Shown: positions 1-16,468 of the stretch, piece by piece | Numbering within the stretch: position 1 is the stretch's first letter | Layout of the letters: each line of letters begins with the position of its first letter | From: Paraspadella gotoi | Lineage: Eukaryota; Animalia; Chaetognatha | Length of the DNA stretch: 64,000 bases | Assembly (NCBI GenBank): GCA_051294375.1 | Contig: CM119268.1 | Coordinates: 12,841,770-12,905,769 of the forward strand | Direction: 5' to 3' | Translations under genes and position numbers: made by a program | Notes under the pieces: model-generated | The model's input: only the letters and a program-made list of their open reading frames with translations | What the model was told of the DNA's origin: nothing | The model's database searches: none

Positions 1-1029
1 AAATGTGCGCCTATGCTGGAACCGGAAATGTTCTTAAAGTCCAGGAACTATTGCATATTTGCAGCGAGCACTACGGCGAAAAAACTGGAGGTGACAACAA
101 CAACGAAGATAAAAAAGAGAAAAAAGACGAGGAAAAAAAAGAGGAAAAAGAAAGGGCTGCAGAGATGGGACAACAGCAGGCGGTTGCAGTTTTGGGTATT
201 GCTCTCATCGCGATGGGCGAAGACATTGGATCCGAAATGGCCTTTAGAGCCATGGGGCATCTTCTTCGTTACGGGGAGTTGGTCATTCGCAGAGCAGTTC
301 CACTTGCCCTTGCTTTGCTGTCTCCTTCCAACCCGAAACTCAATATTCTGGACACCCTGTCCAAGTTTTCACATGACAGCGATCCAGAAGTTGCTCACAA
401 TGCAATCTTCGCCATGGGCATTGTAGGCGCGGGAACGAACAATGCCCGGTTGGCGGCAATGTTACGTCAATTGGCGCAGTATCATCAAAAAGACGCCAAT
501 AATCTCTTCATGGTTCGACTCGCGCAGGTAAAAATAAAAGCGCTTGTCATATTTCATGATAAATTAGCTAATTTTTAAAACATTTTCTTAGGGTCTAACT
601 CATTTGGGAAAAGGAACCTTAACGCTTTCGCCATACCACTTCGACCGATCGCTGTTAAGTCCCGTGGCTTTGGCCGGCCTTCTCTCGGTCATGGTATCTT
701 TCCTGGACGTCAAGAATGTAATTCTCGGCAAAAGCCACTATCTTCTATATTGCCTGACCACGGCGATGTATCCGCGAATGCTGGTCACTTTCGACGAAGA
801 GATGCGGCCCGTTCCCGTTACGGTCAGAGTCGGTCAAGCGGTCGATGTCGTTGGCCAAGCCGGAAAGCCAAAGACCATCACTGGTTTTCAGACCCACACA
901 ACTCCCGTCTTGCTGGCGTACGGCGAAAGAGCGGAACTGGCCACTGAGGAATATCTTTCTCTGACGCCAATTATGGAAGGATTTTGCATCCTTCGAAAGA
1001 ACCCTGACTATGAAGCAGAAGTTGCCTAA
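1..1029 (+). CDS. PSMD2: 26S proteasome non-ATPase regulatory subunit 2 (Rpn1), last two exons; 5' part lies outside the window
   Basis: ORFs 3..578 and 604..1029 give [33 protein letters not shown] and [31 protein letters not shown], which is the typical Rpn1 C-terminus. A GT-AG intron lies at ~528-591. Confidence 0.97.
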
Positions 1030-1321
1030 CGTATCTTAACCGATTAGTCTGCTCTCTTTAGACTTTTTCAATCATTATGTTAATGAGATAATTCGTAATT
1101 TCTATTTAAATATTTGCGAACTTATTTTAATAAAAAATGTAAATAACTCCGCAAACACTGAGTGGATATAGTGATCTAGTAAATGTTTTGCTCTGCTTCA
1201 AACATTTTTTTTGTTCATAATTTTAATCTATTCCTAAACAAAAACTCTTTGATAGAACCAAGTTTGTCGAATAACAATAGAACGCTAAAAACTTTTCATT
1301 TATGGGATATAAGCTTGAGAA

Positions 1322-5479
<4,158 letters not shown>

Positions 5480-5919
5480 TTCTGGAAACGACCCATCGAA
5501 TCCTGAAACGGATACTCGCAAAGCCTCCCGCCATATAGAATCCATGGATAGCTTCTGTGATAGCTTCTGTGATAGCTTGCAAACATTCACAATGTACGTT
5601 GTATATATTTCCAATAGGGTGTTATTTGGCTCTCTAGTCGTTAATTTGTAGTTTGATTTTAGTACGAATTCGTTACTGAATCTAATTTTTTTAGGTTCCT
5701 CGGCTTTTCACCTTTGAATTTTTTATACCTAATTTTGCAATCACGGGTCTCTCACGCTATTCAAGCTGTTAATATGTTATATTCACATTAATTTATTTCT
5801 ACTCGGTGGTAATAAAATTTTATGAATTGTTACTGATATTTAAGATATTTTTAGTGTTTTTCAAGATGTATAAAAGATTAAGGAAAAACATTTAATGATT
5901 TTTTTTTTTCGCCCACTTA

Positions 5920-8447
5920 ATGGCTTCAAAAACGGAACAAAGTTATATCCACCAAATAATTTGTCTGAGCGGATTTTTGGATCTGTTCGGCGTTGGTATG
6001 TGTCAGCAGACGTCGATTATATCATTGGTTTTTGTTCTTCACTAAATCACTCACGTATTCACTATTCAGCATTAGTTCTACCCTTTTTACCGACTCATTT
6101 GAAGAGCCTGGCCTTACCTGAATGGCAACGAGGATTCGTTCTCGCAACCTACGGGGCGTCGCAGTTCCTTTCCGGTCCCGTCGTCGGATCTTACAGCGAT
6201 GTCGCTGATCGGAAAACCGTTTTTATTGTCTGCGCATTCTGTTCAGGTTGTGAAGCCGGAGCTATTGCTCGTTTGGCCAGTTCTCTAATGTCGTTACATT
6301 AAACACAGCGATCTCCTATTCCTTCCTTGGCCTTTCCGCTTTTTTCTTGACGGCCTTCTTGGCGCGCCTGCTGACGGGCTTTTTCAAGCACACTCAGACA
6401 ATCTCCAAAGCGATCGTTTACGATTCGCTTGACGGCGACGATCGAAGGCTCTTGGTGGCCCGATTCAACGGAAGCAGTTCTGTCGGTTTCATTCTCGGCC
6501 CTATCGTTGGTAAGGTATGGTGACTTTTTTGTTGTCTTTTTGGTTGATCTGCTTGCCTGATGGCTTGTTTTATGTTTTAAATTTTTATATTATAATTTGT
6601 ATTTTTAATTAATAATGATGCAATGATAAAGTACCTTGTGATATATAATAAATACAAAATTCTTACCCGTTGTTTCGAACCAAGAATCGGCTCCGAATAA
6701 ACTACTAGACCAATATTGATAAAATTTTGCATAAACTAAAAATGTTATTGTTAAAAATGTAAGCATATGACCTAATAAAAACAAATTCGGTATAATTTAT
6801 AAAATACTAAATCATTTTTAAATATTTGGAGAGGTAAAGTATAATTAAACGCTTGTTGTGTATATGTTGAAGTAAATCATTAACCTTAAAACGCTCATTA
6901 TTCATGATTTTATAGGTGATTTGGAGATTGTATGAAATTGGTACAACCAATATAAAAATTATCCATTCATTTAATAAATAAGCTATCTTGCCCCTGACTT
7001 TGGACAGGCTTTGGTGGTTTAAGGCCTCCATCACTCTTACAAGATAATGACATAGCAGGTCCCTGCAAGTTTTCAATCAAGACTCTTTCACAGTCTCGTT
7101 TATTCACTCCCAGATTACCTGGCTTCCCTATCAATGAAGTGGAAAATATTTCAAAGAATGTTTCAATTGTATGAAAAGACCACTCCCTTAAGTATTAGAT
7201 CGGGGAATACTTATTGTACTCCGCACTAGCATCAAAATACAAGGAGCTGAATTTTATGAAATTGGTACAACCAATATAAAAATTATGTATTATGTAATTA
7301 TGTATGTAATAGTCTTGTTTTACATGTATAGAGGTAATGTTTTTAAATATTTGTATTTGCTTTTAATTTTAAGGTGGTCACTTGATGGAGAAATACGGCG
7401 AAAACGGTTTCCTTTTCTCCTGTCTCCTTTCCTCGTTTTTATTCGTCCTTAACTCGACTATGGGATTTCTCCTTCCAAAGAAGCGTCGGCGACGGAGCGA
7501 TGAGTCCGAGGATTTGAACTTGGGGGACACTATTGCCGGGGGAAAGGTTTTTCTGCGAAGACTGATTAATCCTTTTTGCAACGTCAGCCAGCATAACGTC
7601 TGGGATTTGTTTTTTGTCAAATTTTTAGGTAAATCTTTTTCGTTTGCCTTATAATAAGCTTGAAATTTTCATACATAAACAAATTTATGTATTTTGATAC
7701 ACAGGAGGTTGTTCGGTGCTCATTTTTCGATACGATTTAAGCAACAGGTGAAACGGCTATTTGCGATCCTTTTGTGAGAGATGCGTTAATTTCTCATCTT
7801 TACTTGTGAATAGATTAAACGAATTCTATGATGCCTCACCGAAAATCACTGGCTACATAACGTCTTACGGCGCGATTGCAGCTGCTTTCTTTAGCTCATT
7901 TGTAATCGGTATTGCTTCTCGAATATGAGTAGATTTTGTTTTAACAACTCTACTAATGTTGCTTTCTTAGAAAGGATCAGCCCAACTCTGTACCCCGACC
8001 AGAAGTTGACTCTTCTTTACCATACGACGGCGCTCCACGCTTTAGCGCTCTTCCTCCTCTCGACCGCGGCGAATCTTCCGTTCTACGTTTGTTTCGTGAC
8101 GTTGATGAGTTTCACTAACGCCTTGAACCGCGTCAATTTCACCGAAATCACTCTTGACCGTGGAGGCGGTGAAGTTTTCGCGGAGCTTTTGGGTAAATTC
8201 GAAACTTGATGTTCCTATGCATATACTCGATGAATAGCCGTCTAGCCACCCTTTCATTTCTCCGACAGGCCTGTGCCAAAGCGTGATGTCTGTATCGCGT
8301 ATTTTCAGTCCCATCGTGGCGGGATTTGCTCACCAGTTTTTTGGCGCCAACGGGCCGCCTTTTTTGGCCGTTCTCATGGCGGCTCTATCAACCGCATCCA
8401 TTAGGCTTTTTTTATGTCCTAAAGAATATAAAAAAAAGCGGGAATAA
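5920..8447 (+). CDS. MFSD9: Major facilitator superfamily transporter, MFSD9-like (multi-exon)
   Basis: MASKTEQ...CLSGFLDLFGVALVLPFLPTHLKSL...YGASQFLSGPVVGSYSDVADRK, plus later exons ARLLTGFFKHTQ and GFILGPIVGG, match the MFSD9 subfamily pattern. Confidence 0.8.
6930..7290. repeat. Dispersed repeat family C in an MFSD9 intron
   Basis: ~6940-7090 is a near reverse complement of ~50430-50585. A short piece recurs at ~55773-55810. The ~30-nt sequence tatgaaattggtacaaccaatataaaaattat is directly repeated at ~6931 and ~7255. Confidence 0.7.
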
Positions 8448-8660
8448 CTAAGTATTATATGTACTTAAGTTTTAACGTTTTAGACTTCACTCGGGATAAA
8501 ACTTTTAGTCATAAGCTCCGACTGTGATTGTTACGACTTTCTATTATTTTTCTTGTGTGAAATCTGGTCTTCTCTAACCGTATTAAAAATTATAGTGCAG
8601 CTAAATAATTTTATAATCAGCGTACTCTATAATTTTGTAAAGGCCAACCTTGAATTTTTC

Positions 8661-9308
8661 GTCGGATCTGCTTATCGCAGATTCCGACTCGATAATACAC
8701 TTTGTCGGTCCACCCCCACAACAATCTTGTCGGTCATTCGTTAGATCATGTCAGAACATCAAATTATGATAAATTATGCAAAAAAATGATGACTGTCCTT
8801 CCGTCCGTCCCCCCTTAGGAAAAAAATTCAATTACTCAGGATTGGATTGATGGAGTGAGTTGAAATTCTGTGTGTGTGTGTAGGAAACTGTATAATCAAG
8901 CTAGATATAAAGTTTCGATGGAATCGTGCGAGTGGAAATGAGTTTAAATGGAAAAAACAAGTCATATTTACCTGAATTAATATAATTACATTTACTCATA
9001 ATTATTCCAATTATTTATAATTTGATGAATGGATTGAGATGAAACTTTGTGTGTGGGTAGGAAAGTATGTTATTGAGCTGGATATACAGTTTCGATAGAA
9101 TCATACGAGTGGAAAAGTTTAAATATAAAAAACAAAGATCACATTTATAAATTTGAAATCTTTTTAAAGTTTTAAAGTTTCTATCTTTCTCTCATTTTAA
9201 ATGGTTAATTGGCCGATTGATCAGTTGTTTGAATGATTAATTTATAGATTCCTTTGATTTACCGCTAAATTATCGTGAGCAGATTCGACATTGTTTGCTC
9301 AAACTTGT
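8661..9308 (+). mobile_element. Helentron/DINE-1-like non-autonomous element, family A (intergenic)
   Basis: 5' hairpin gtcggatctgc-ttatc-gcagattccgac, an internal (gtcc)n microsatellite and a 3' subterminal repeat/hairpin gagcagattcgacattgtttgctc, flanked by T runs. The same modules occur at ~24856, 36731 and 48470. Confidence 0.7.
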
Positions 9309-9513
9309 TTATATTCTACTTAAAATAAATAAAACACCAATTTTTATTTAAGATTTTGTATTTATTTTCTTTTGCAGAATTGATCTCATTTAGAACTCCG
9401 GGCAGAAAAACATGGAATTAGGTTGTATTATTCCATTTGTATAATCCCTGCTTCTAAAACTAAGAAGTCAAGTGCAATAAAGTTTACACTTGAATCAACG
9501 CGAATTCGAGAAA

Positions 9514-12500
9514 ATGAAGCGAAAATTGCGCCACCTTTTGGACGTGAAACGAACTCTGTTGAGCGCCAGCGTCTTCTTTTTCCTCCTTGGCGCCGCTCAA
9601 ACGACGATTATCCCTTTTTTAATCATCTTTTATCGTCGCCTCGGATTCACGCCTCTTCACGTCGGGACGCTATTTTGTATCAAGTCGTTAGTTGCTGCTT
9701 TTGCTGTTCCCCTCTGGTCGCTTTTTTCTAGGTGAGTCAACCAACTCGCTGAATGTTGTGAAATTAAGTAGTATGTCGACATATTTTTTTCTTTTGCCTT
9801 TTTCATACCGCTATATCACAGAACCTATTCCCGCGTGCGCTTTTCTACGTCGGTTGGCATTTTTTTCTTAATTTTGACTTACCTTTTGGTGACGCTCGTT
9901 CCTCGCGTGGATCATCTCCAATGTCGTCTCGGATTGGGAAACCGAGAGTTTTGTCAAAATTTCTTCTCTAACGATTCGCTAACGAGCGATTCCGTAGACG
10001 CCTCTGGTCACGAATTAAATAACAACAGTGGACTGCTCTTCAACGCTATTCCCCTGGGCATCACTGAAAAGTCAAAGTTAGCTTATGTCTCCAGATCTCG
10101 TCCGGACAGTGTCTTTGAGGCGACGAGTATTGGAACCGCTGTTCCTTCAATTGTTGTCTCCACTGCGGAGTCCTATGCGAGCACAACCCAGTCAAAAAAA
10201 CTGCTTCATCGCGTCGAAAAGAGACCGAATTTTACGAGTAACCTTGCGGTAACAGGGACAACGATTGCAACGGCAGCGACGACAACTACAACGACGACTA
10301 CCAATTCTCCCACTGAGAAATCCACAACCACCTTGGATTATTTCGGAAATATATTGAACCCAGACGTGGACGTGGCTGAATCCGGTTTAACTGACGAAAA
10401 AGCTGGAGTCAGCGATGAACATACGCATCATAAGCTAATGGATAAAACTGGAATCGAATCGAATTTCGATGTTGAAGAAAAAGCGACAAATGTTGAAGAT
10501 GAAGACGGGGGCGTTGCCCAAGAAGGTGAAGAAAAGGATAGCTTCGCGATGTCGTCGTCGTCATCGCTTGAAAAAAACCTCACCGCAGCCATTTTGGATT
10601 TGATCAAAAACACCGAGGATGAGGAAAAGAAAAGCCTTTGGACGAAATTCTTGTCGGAGCCTCTCACACAGAAGAGTGAAGAGAAAGCTTGGGAACTAAT
10701 CCACTTGGAGAAAAGCGAAATGAAGAAGAAAACGAAACTGGTTTCCAATAAAGAAAAAGAAAAAGACGAGGCGGATGAAGAAGACGAGGATGGTTTGCAG
10801 TGGGATTGGTGGAAGGCAACGGGGAGAAAAGAAAAAAGGAAGCACCATCACAATAATCGTCACATGGTAGGTTTACCAATTCGGTCATAGCCGAATATCT
10901 ACTGAATAACCAATCGAATTCAATCCCTAGTCTACTCATACGTTGCGTTCGAAAAAGCGTGGCAGACGCTCCGTCAACGGATCTATCATCTTCATGAACG
11001 AAACGCTTAAGTTTACAACTGTATCGAACGAAAAGAGGTTCGAAAAGCGTTGAATGTAAAATTGTAAATTGAGTTTATTTTTATATTATGTTTCCTGTAC
11101 TTTAAAATTAAGTTCGTCGGATTTGTTGACGATCGAGTGGCGCGAGTGGCGATTGACGGTGAGCGAAAATTTTCTGGCCGTCTTCTTCATCGTCGTCGTC
11201 GGTGAGTTTTTTTCGGCGCATGTCTTTCGTCTCATGGACGACGCCTTGCATTATTCCCTGGACGCCATGGATGATTTGGAAAGGTGACTGACTATATAAA
11301 CATTGTTTATTAAACAGCGATGACAAGCGCCGCACTGAATTTAATGCATTCGTTCTCCTCAATGTACAGATACGGCCGCCATTTTGGATCACACTCTCTC
11401 GGCTCCTCGTTCTTACCGATGGTCGTCTGCCTTATTCACGACGCGACAATCGGTCTCGACATCGGCCATGTCGCCCTCGCCGCCCCCAATGCGCCCGTAC
11501 CGAACGGCACAGCGGTCGTCACCACTTTGGATCACCCGCTCGCTGATGAAGAAATCCCGAGCATCATGCTTCACTTTTCATTTTCCGGGGTCATGTTGGC
11601 GATGGCGTCGGTGTTGGTGCTAACCTCGCAATTCGAAACACACCGCGGAAGCGGTTTGTGGACGCGGACATTCAGGGGCCGCCGTCCCGGATGCTTTTAT
11701 CACTCGAGGTTTCTCTGCAGCGACGTCAGGTGAGCGGAAAGGTTTGATTCGGTTCGTTATAATACTTTGACATTTTAATTATATTCAATCCTTCTCCAGA
11801 ATGGCTGTATACGCGTTCGCTGTTTTTATGATGGGAATTGTGTTTGGCGTTGTCGACACTTTCGTCATGTATAGAATGGTCGAACGAGGCTGTGCAACTG
11901 AAACCCCAATGGGTACCATGATGATGGTTCGATTCCTTATCGACGCTATAATGGTTGTCAGGTAATCGATACAAATCAATTTTTATTTGTACGAAAATTT
12001 TTTTAACCGAATGTAATCACAAAGGAAGGACAAATTGATTCATAAGTATGGAAACCGGCACGTCGTCTTCGTCTCTTTTTCCTTTACTCTTTTGGCTGTG
12101 CAATGCATTTTGTACGCGCTTCTCAAGGTAAATTCGAAAAAAAGTGAAACAAAGATGATCGTATTTGTTATTGATTTGTTTCAATTTCTAGAATCCTTGG
12201 ATGTTTGTTATTCCCGAAGTGCTCCATGGCTTTTCAAGGGTGTTCTTTTGGATCGGCGTTCATTCCCTTGTTGAAAATCTCAGGTTGAACTTATTGATAG
12301 ATTGTGAAACGACTTCGTGCATTCATAGTCCAAAACTTAATGTTTGCTTTTTACTCGCAGTAACGCGGAATCGGAACGAAAAATTAAGCAGATGCTGGAA
12401 GGCTGTCATTTAAGGCTTGGATCCGCCATGGGAGCATTTATCGGTGGTCTTACGTATTTTCTGATTGGGGCCGAAGTCATGTTTTACATAGCAGGTACCG

Positions 12501-12960
12501 CAGACTACCAGTGGTAGTATGATTTTCAAACACTTCTCGTGATAATCCTCCCAACTTCGTAATTGATTCAGCTGCGATTAGTCTCTTGCTTCTCCTCCTC
12601 ATTCCGCTCTGCGACCGCGTCGCTCCAACGTCGATGAAGAAGCAATACTCGGTCGTCCTTCTCGACGACGACGAGTTTCAGCCTCTCAAAGTCAAATCTC
12701 ACTTGTCCGGCTCCGATTTAGACGACGACGACTCGGACGACGAGGAAGAGGATTGGTACAGGTGAAGACGAGAAAGATTCGTTGTCATCGCCCGTCTATC
12801 CTATTTCATCGCTTACTTTCCTCGTAGCCGCGCCGAAAAGGAAGTGGAGAAGGAAATCGACGATCGTCCGATCAGAAAAGTCGCCGGCACTGCGAAGAGA
12901 AAGGCCTTCAGCAAATACGGCGGCTCTTTCAAAAACAACAACGATGGGGAAAGAGATTAA
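9514..12960 (+). CDS. MFSD6/MFSD6L-like transporter (MFS_1_like) with a long acidic/Thr-rich first loop
   Basis: VFFFLLGAAQTTIIPFLIIFYRRLGFTPLHVG, VVGEFFSAHVFRLMDDA...RYGRHF and IPEVLHGFSR are characteristic MFSD6-family segments. Confidence 0.75.
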
Positions 12961-13371
12961 TAAGTGCTTAATCGTTATGACAATTAACTTAGTATTTTTT
13001 TTTTTTTTTTGTGCATTGCAAGATAATTACTTACTTGCGAATTTGATCTGTGTAAAGATTTAGCAATTAATTAAATACCGTTTAATAATATTTTTGATAT
13101 CGCCAATACTAATAGCTTTTCTTGGTTAATGGTGATGGTGCTCACATTTTGCCTTTCTTGTGGCAGGATTATTTTTTGCGGGAATTTTTCTCTTTACACT
13201 CAGTATTGTTCGAAAATGTTAAAAAGGTCTAGTGAACTTATTAATTTTAGGCTATTGGTGACGTTTTTATAGCTTGTTACCATTCAGCAATAAATTGTTA
13301 TTTTACAAAAAATTATCTTTTTTTGAGTCAACATTCCAGAGCCTTTGTTATACACTTTTTTACATTTCTAG

Positions 13372-16302
13372 ATGTCTTTGATACTGAATTTTGTGGAGCA
13401 ATGCTTCACCTTTGCCGGCACACACTGGTTGAGCTTCGCTTTTGCCACTCTCTTGACCATCCTGTTTGTCTTACTTAAACTGAGACGCGATTTGCACAGA
13501 AAAATAAAAAAATTGAAAAATGACGCGACGGAACGAAATGTTTCCCATAATAAATCACGTGAGGTACGCATTCTTATTTCTTGTGAAACCGTTATTTTCA
13601 CATCAGAATAAGATAATTAGATTTTTGTTTTAGGAGACGGATATTGCTCTCAAAAGTTGGAGGCCAACTTCTGTCACAATTATTTTCGGTTCTCAAACCG
13701 GAAAAACGAAAAAGTTCGCAGTCGAACTTGAAAAGAGTCTACGCTCTATTCGAATAGTAACATCTCTCATCGATATGTCCAGCTATGACCCCGAGGTATG
13801 GCACTAAAAAGAAATAACGTCATGTTAAATATTGTTTATTTTGACACATTTTCATCCAACAGGACGGTCTCCGAGATTCTTCTCCCAACGTTCTTTTCGT
13901 CTTCATGGTTTCCACCTTCACCGACGGGTCGTTTCCTGAGTCATGTTCTTGGTTTTCCAAGTGGCTCTCCGAATCAGCCACCGACTTTCGCGTCTCAAAG
14001 ACCACGCTGGCAGGGATTAACTTTGCTGTCTTCGGCTGTGGCAACGCCCTGTACGGTGCCAATTTCAACAAAGCGGCTAAGGTGAGATCTTTAGTTAGTG
14101 ACGAAAAAAGGCTTTGTGGAGTTATGGATTCTAACGTTTCATTATCAGGACCTTCATTGCTGGCTCACCGCCTTGGGAGCAAAACCCGTCTCCGTGATCC
14201 AAAGATCGAAAAGTTCTACGTACGACGACCACAAACCGGCTTTGTTTCTTGCGGACGAAAACGTAGACTCCAGCGTTAACGGCGGATTGGAAGCCGACTT
14301 CCAATTCTGGAAGTCTTTAATGCTGACGGCGTTCAAAGAAAATTCTGTCACACTCAGTTCAACGACTCCAAACTGTTCCAACGGAGACCCTATGACTGCT
14401 CAAAAGACTTGCTGCAAGTCTGGTGGCTCCGTCTTGGAAGACCCTTGCCATTGCCTCTCCGAAGAAAAAGAGATTAACAAAGAAGACGACATAGTCGAGC
14501 TGTACGAGACGACTTCGGAGGAAGAGGAGGAGGTTGGGAGTGAAGGAGAAGACGTCGACGTGGAGGACCTTGGCTCCGTCGTAAATAAAGACAAGGACGA
14601 CGACGACAAAGAAAATGTAAACAAATCGAAGACGAAACGAAGACGCATCATCGGTAAAAAGCCCGAAAAGAAAAATGCAGCTCCTAAAGAGATGATTACG
14701 CCCGCGTTGAGAGCCGCCCTCACCAAGCAGGTCATAGGAGTGTGCAGAAATTTTTTAGTTAAACTTGAACGAAACTGCTACTTTACCGTTTCATTCAAAT
14801 TTAGGGTTATCGATTAGTGGGAAGTCATTCCGGCGTCAAACTATGTCGCTGGACGAAATCCATGCTTCGAGGACGCGGAGGATGTTACAAGCACACGTTC
14901 TATGGAATCGAAAGTCACAGGTTAAACCGTATGAATGTAAGGCTTTAGAGAAATGTTAGGAATTTGCTTTGGTTTATTCAGATGTATGGAAGCGACTCCA
15001 TCTTTGGCTTGCGCTAACAAATGCGTTTTCTGCTGGCGACATCACACTAACCCAGTGGGAACAGGTATGGCGGAGTATAAATCTTGGTTTAGGAGCTATC
15101 CCCGATTACTACAGTCTTTTCTCTCTCATAGAATGGCGTTGGCAAATGGACGATCCTCGAACCGTTCTCAACGGCGCCCTGGAGAATCATACGAATCTCA
15201 TCAAGCAGTTCAAAGGAGTTCCCGGTGTTCGAGCCGAGCGTCTTGCTGAAGGCATGAAACCGCAGCACTGCGCCTTGTCTCTCGTCGGGGAACCAATAAT
15301 GTATCCAGAAATCAACAAATTCGTAGACTACCTGCACGACGAAGGTGATACGGGATTGACATAAGTCTAAGGAATGTTTTTCGGAATTTATATATACCCA
15401 AACGCTCCATTCTGTTTATTTAGGAATATCAACATTTTTGGTGACGAATGCTCAGTTTCCAGACGCCATTCGAAACTTGAAACCCGTCACGCAGTTATAC
15501 GTTTCTGTCGACGCCGCAACAAAGGATAGTCTCAAAAAGATTGATCGTCCGCTCTTTCGGGATTTTTGGGAAAGGTGATCGAAATCTAAATTTCCTTTAA
15601 ACTCGGAACTTTCGATTTGAGCATAGAATATCTCCACTGCGCAGGTTTATCGAAAGTCTTCGAGCTTTGTCGGATAAGGGTCAGAGGACTGTGTATCGTC
15701 TCACTCTTGTCAAGTCTTTCAACGTTGAAGAGTTGGAAAACTACGCGTCTCTGGTCAACGAGGGGAAGCCCGACTTCATTGAAATAAAAGGTCAGGTCGC
15801 CGCGGAGACTAATTTTTGTCATAAGCCAGTTTGACAAAGTGTGCCAACATTTTAAGGAGTGACCTATTGCGGAGAATCGATGGCGTCGACCCTAACGATG
15901 GCAAACGTTCCTTGGCACGAGGAAGTCGTCTCCTTCACCACTCAACTCTGTGATCTCCTTGGCAACGCTTACGAACTCGCAGCCGAGCACGAGCACTCCA
16001 ACTGCATCCTCATCGCTCACAAAAAGTTTAAGGTGAAGTCCAGTTCGCAGTGGATTTTGATGATAAATATTTGTGGAAACTGTGTTATTCAGATTGACGG
16101 GGCTTGGCACACCTGGATCGACTACCCCGAGTTCCATCGACTCTCCAAGAAACATCGCGAGACAGGCGTAGCTTTCCGCTCTTTAGATTACGTGGCCAAG
16201 ACGCCCGCTTGGGCGGTTTTCGGTGCCAGCGAGAGAGGATTCGATCCGGACGAAACAAGATGGAAACGGAAGCAGAAGAATAAGGATATTGGCGGGTGTT
16301 GA
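13372..16302 (+). CDS. TYW1: tRNA wybutosine-synthesizing protein 1 (flavodoxin + radical SAM)
   Basis: N-terminal hydrophobic segment, flavodoxin motifs (IIFGSQTGK; FAVFGCGN), GSHSGVKLCRWTK, radical-SAM CANKCVFC, HCALSLVGEPIMYP and TWIDY...GFDP. Confidence 0.97.
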
Positions 16303-16468
16303 CGATTGAATGTAAAAAAATCCGGACTCGTGTTTTGGTCGTTGTTTTCTCTAAGAGTCTTAGAGGCAAGGTATTGATTGGTTTTCATAGTGCCTTTACT
16401 ACCCGACGTGGAAATGTTTTCTTTTACGAAGTTATTGTTTAATTTATTTGATACTACCAGGCGAGATT

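Noticed and set aside
5547-5578. gatagcttctgt short tandem repeat after the RSPRY1 stop
   Set aside because: Fewer than three copies of a 12-mer, consistent with ordinary slippage.
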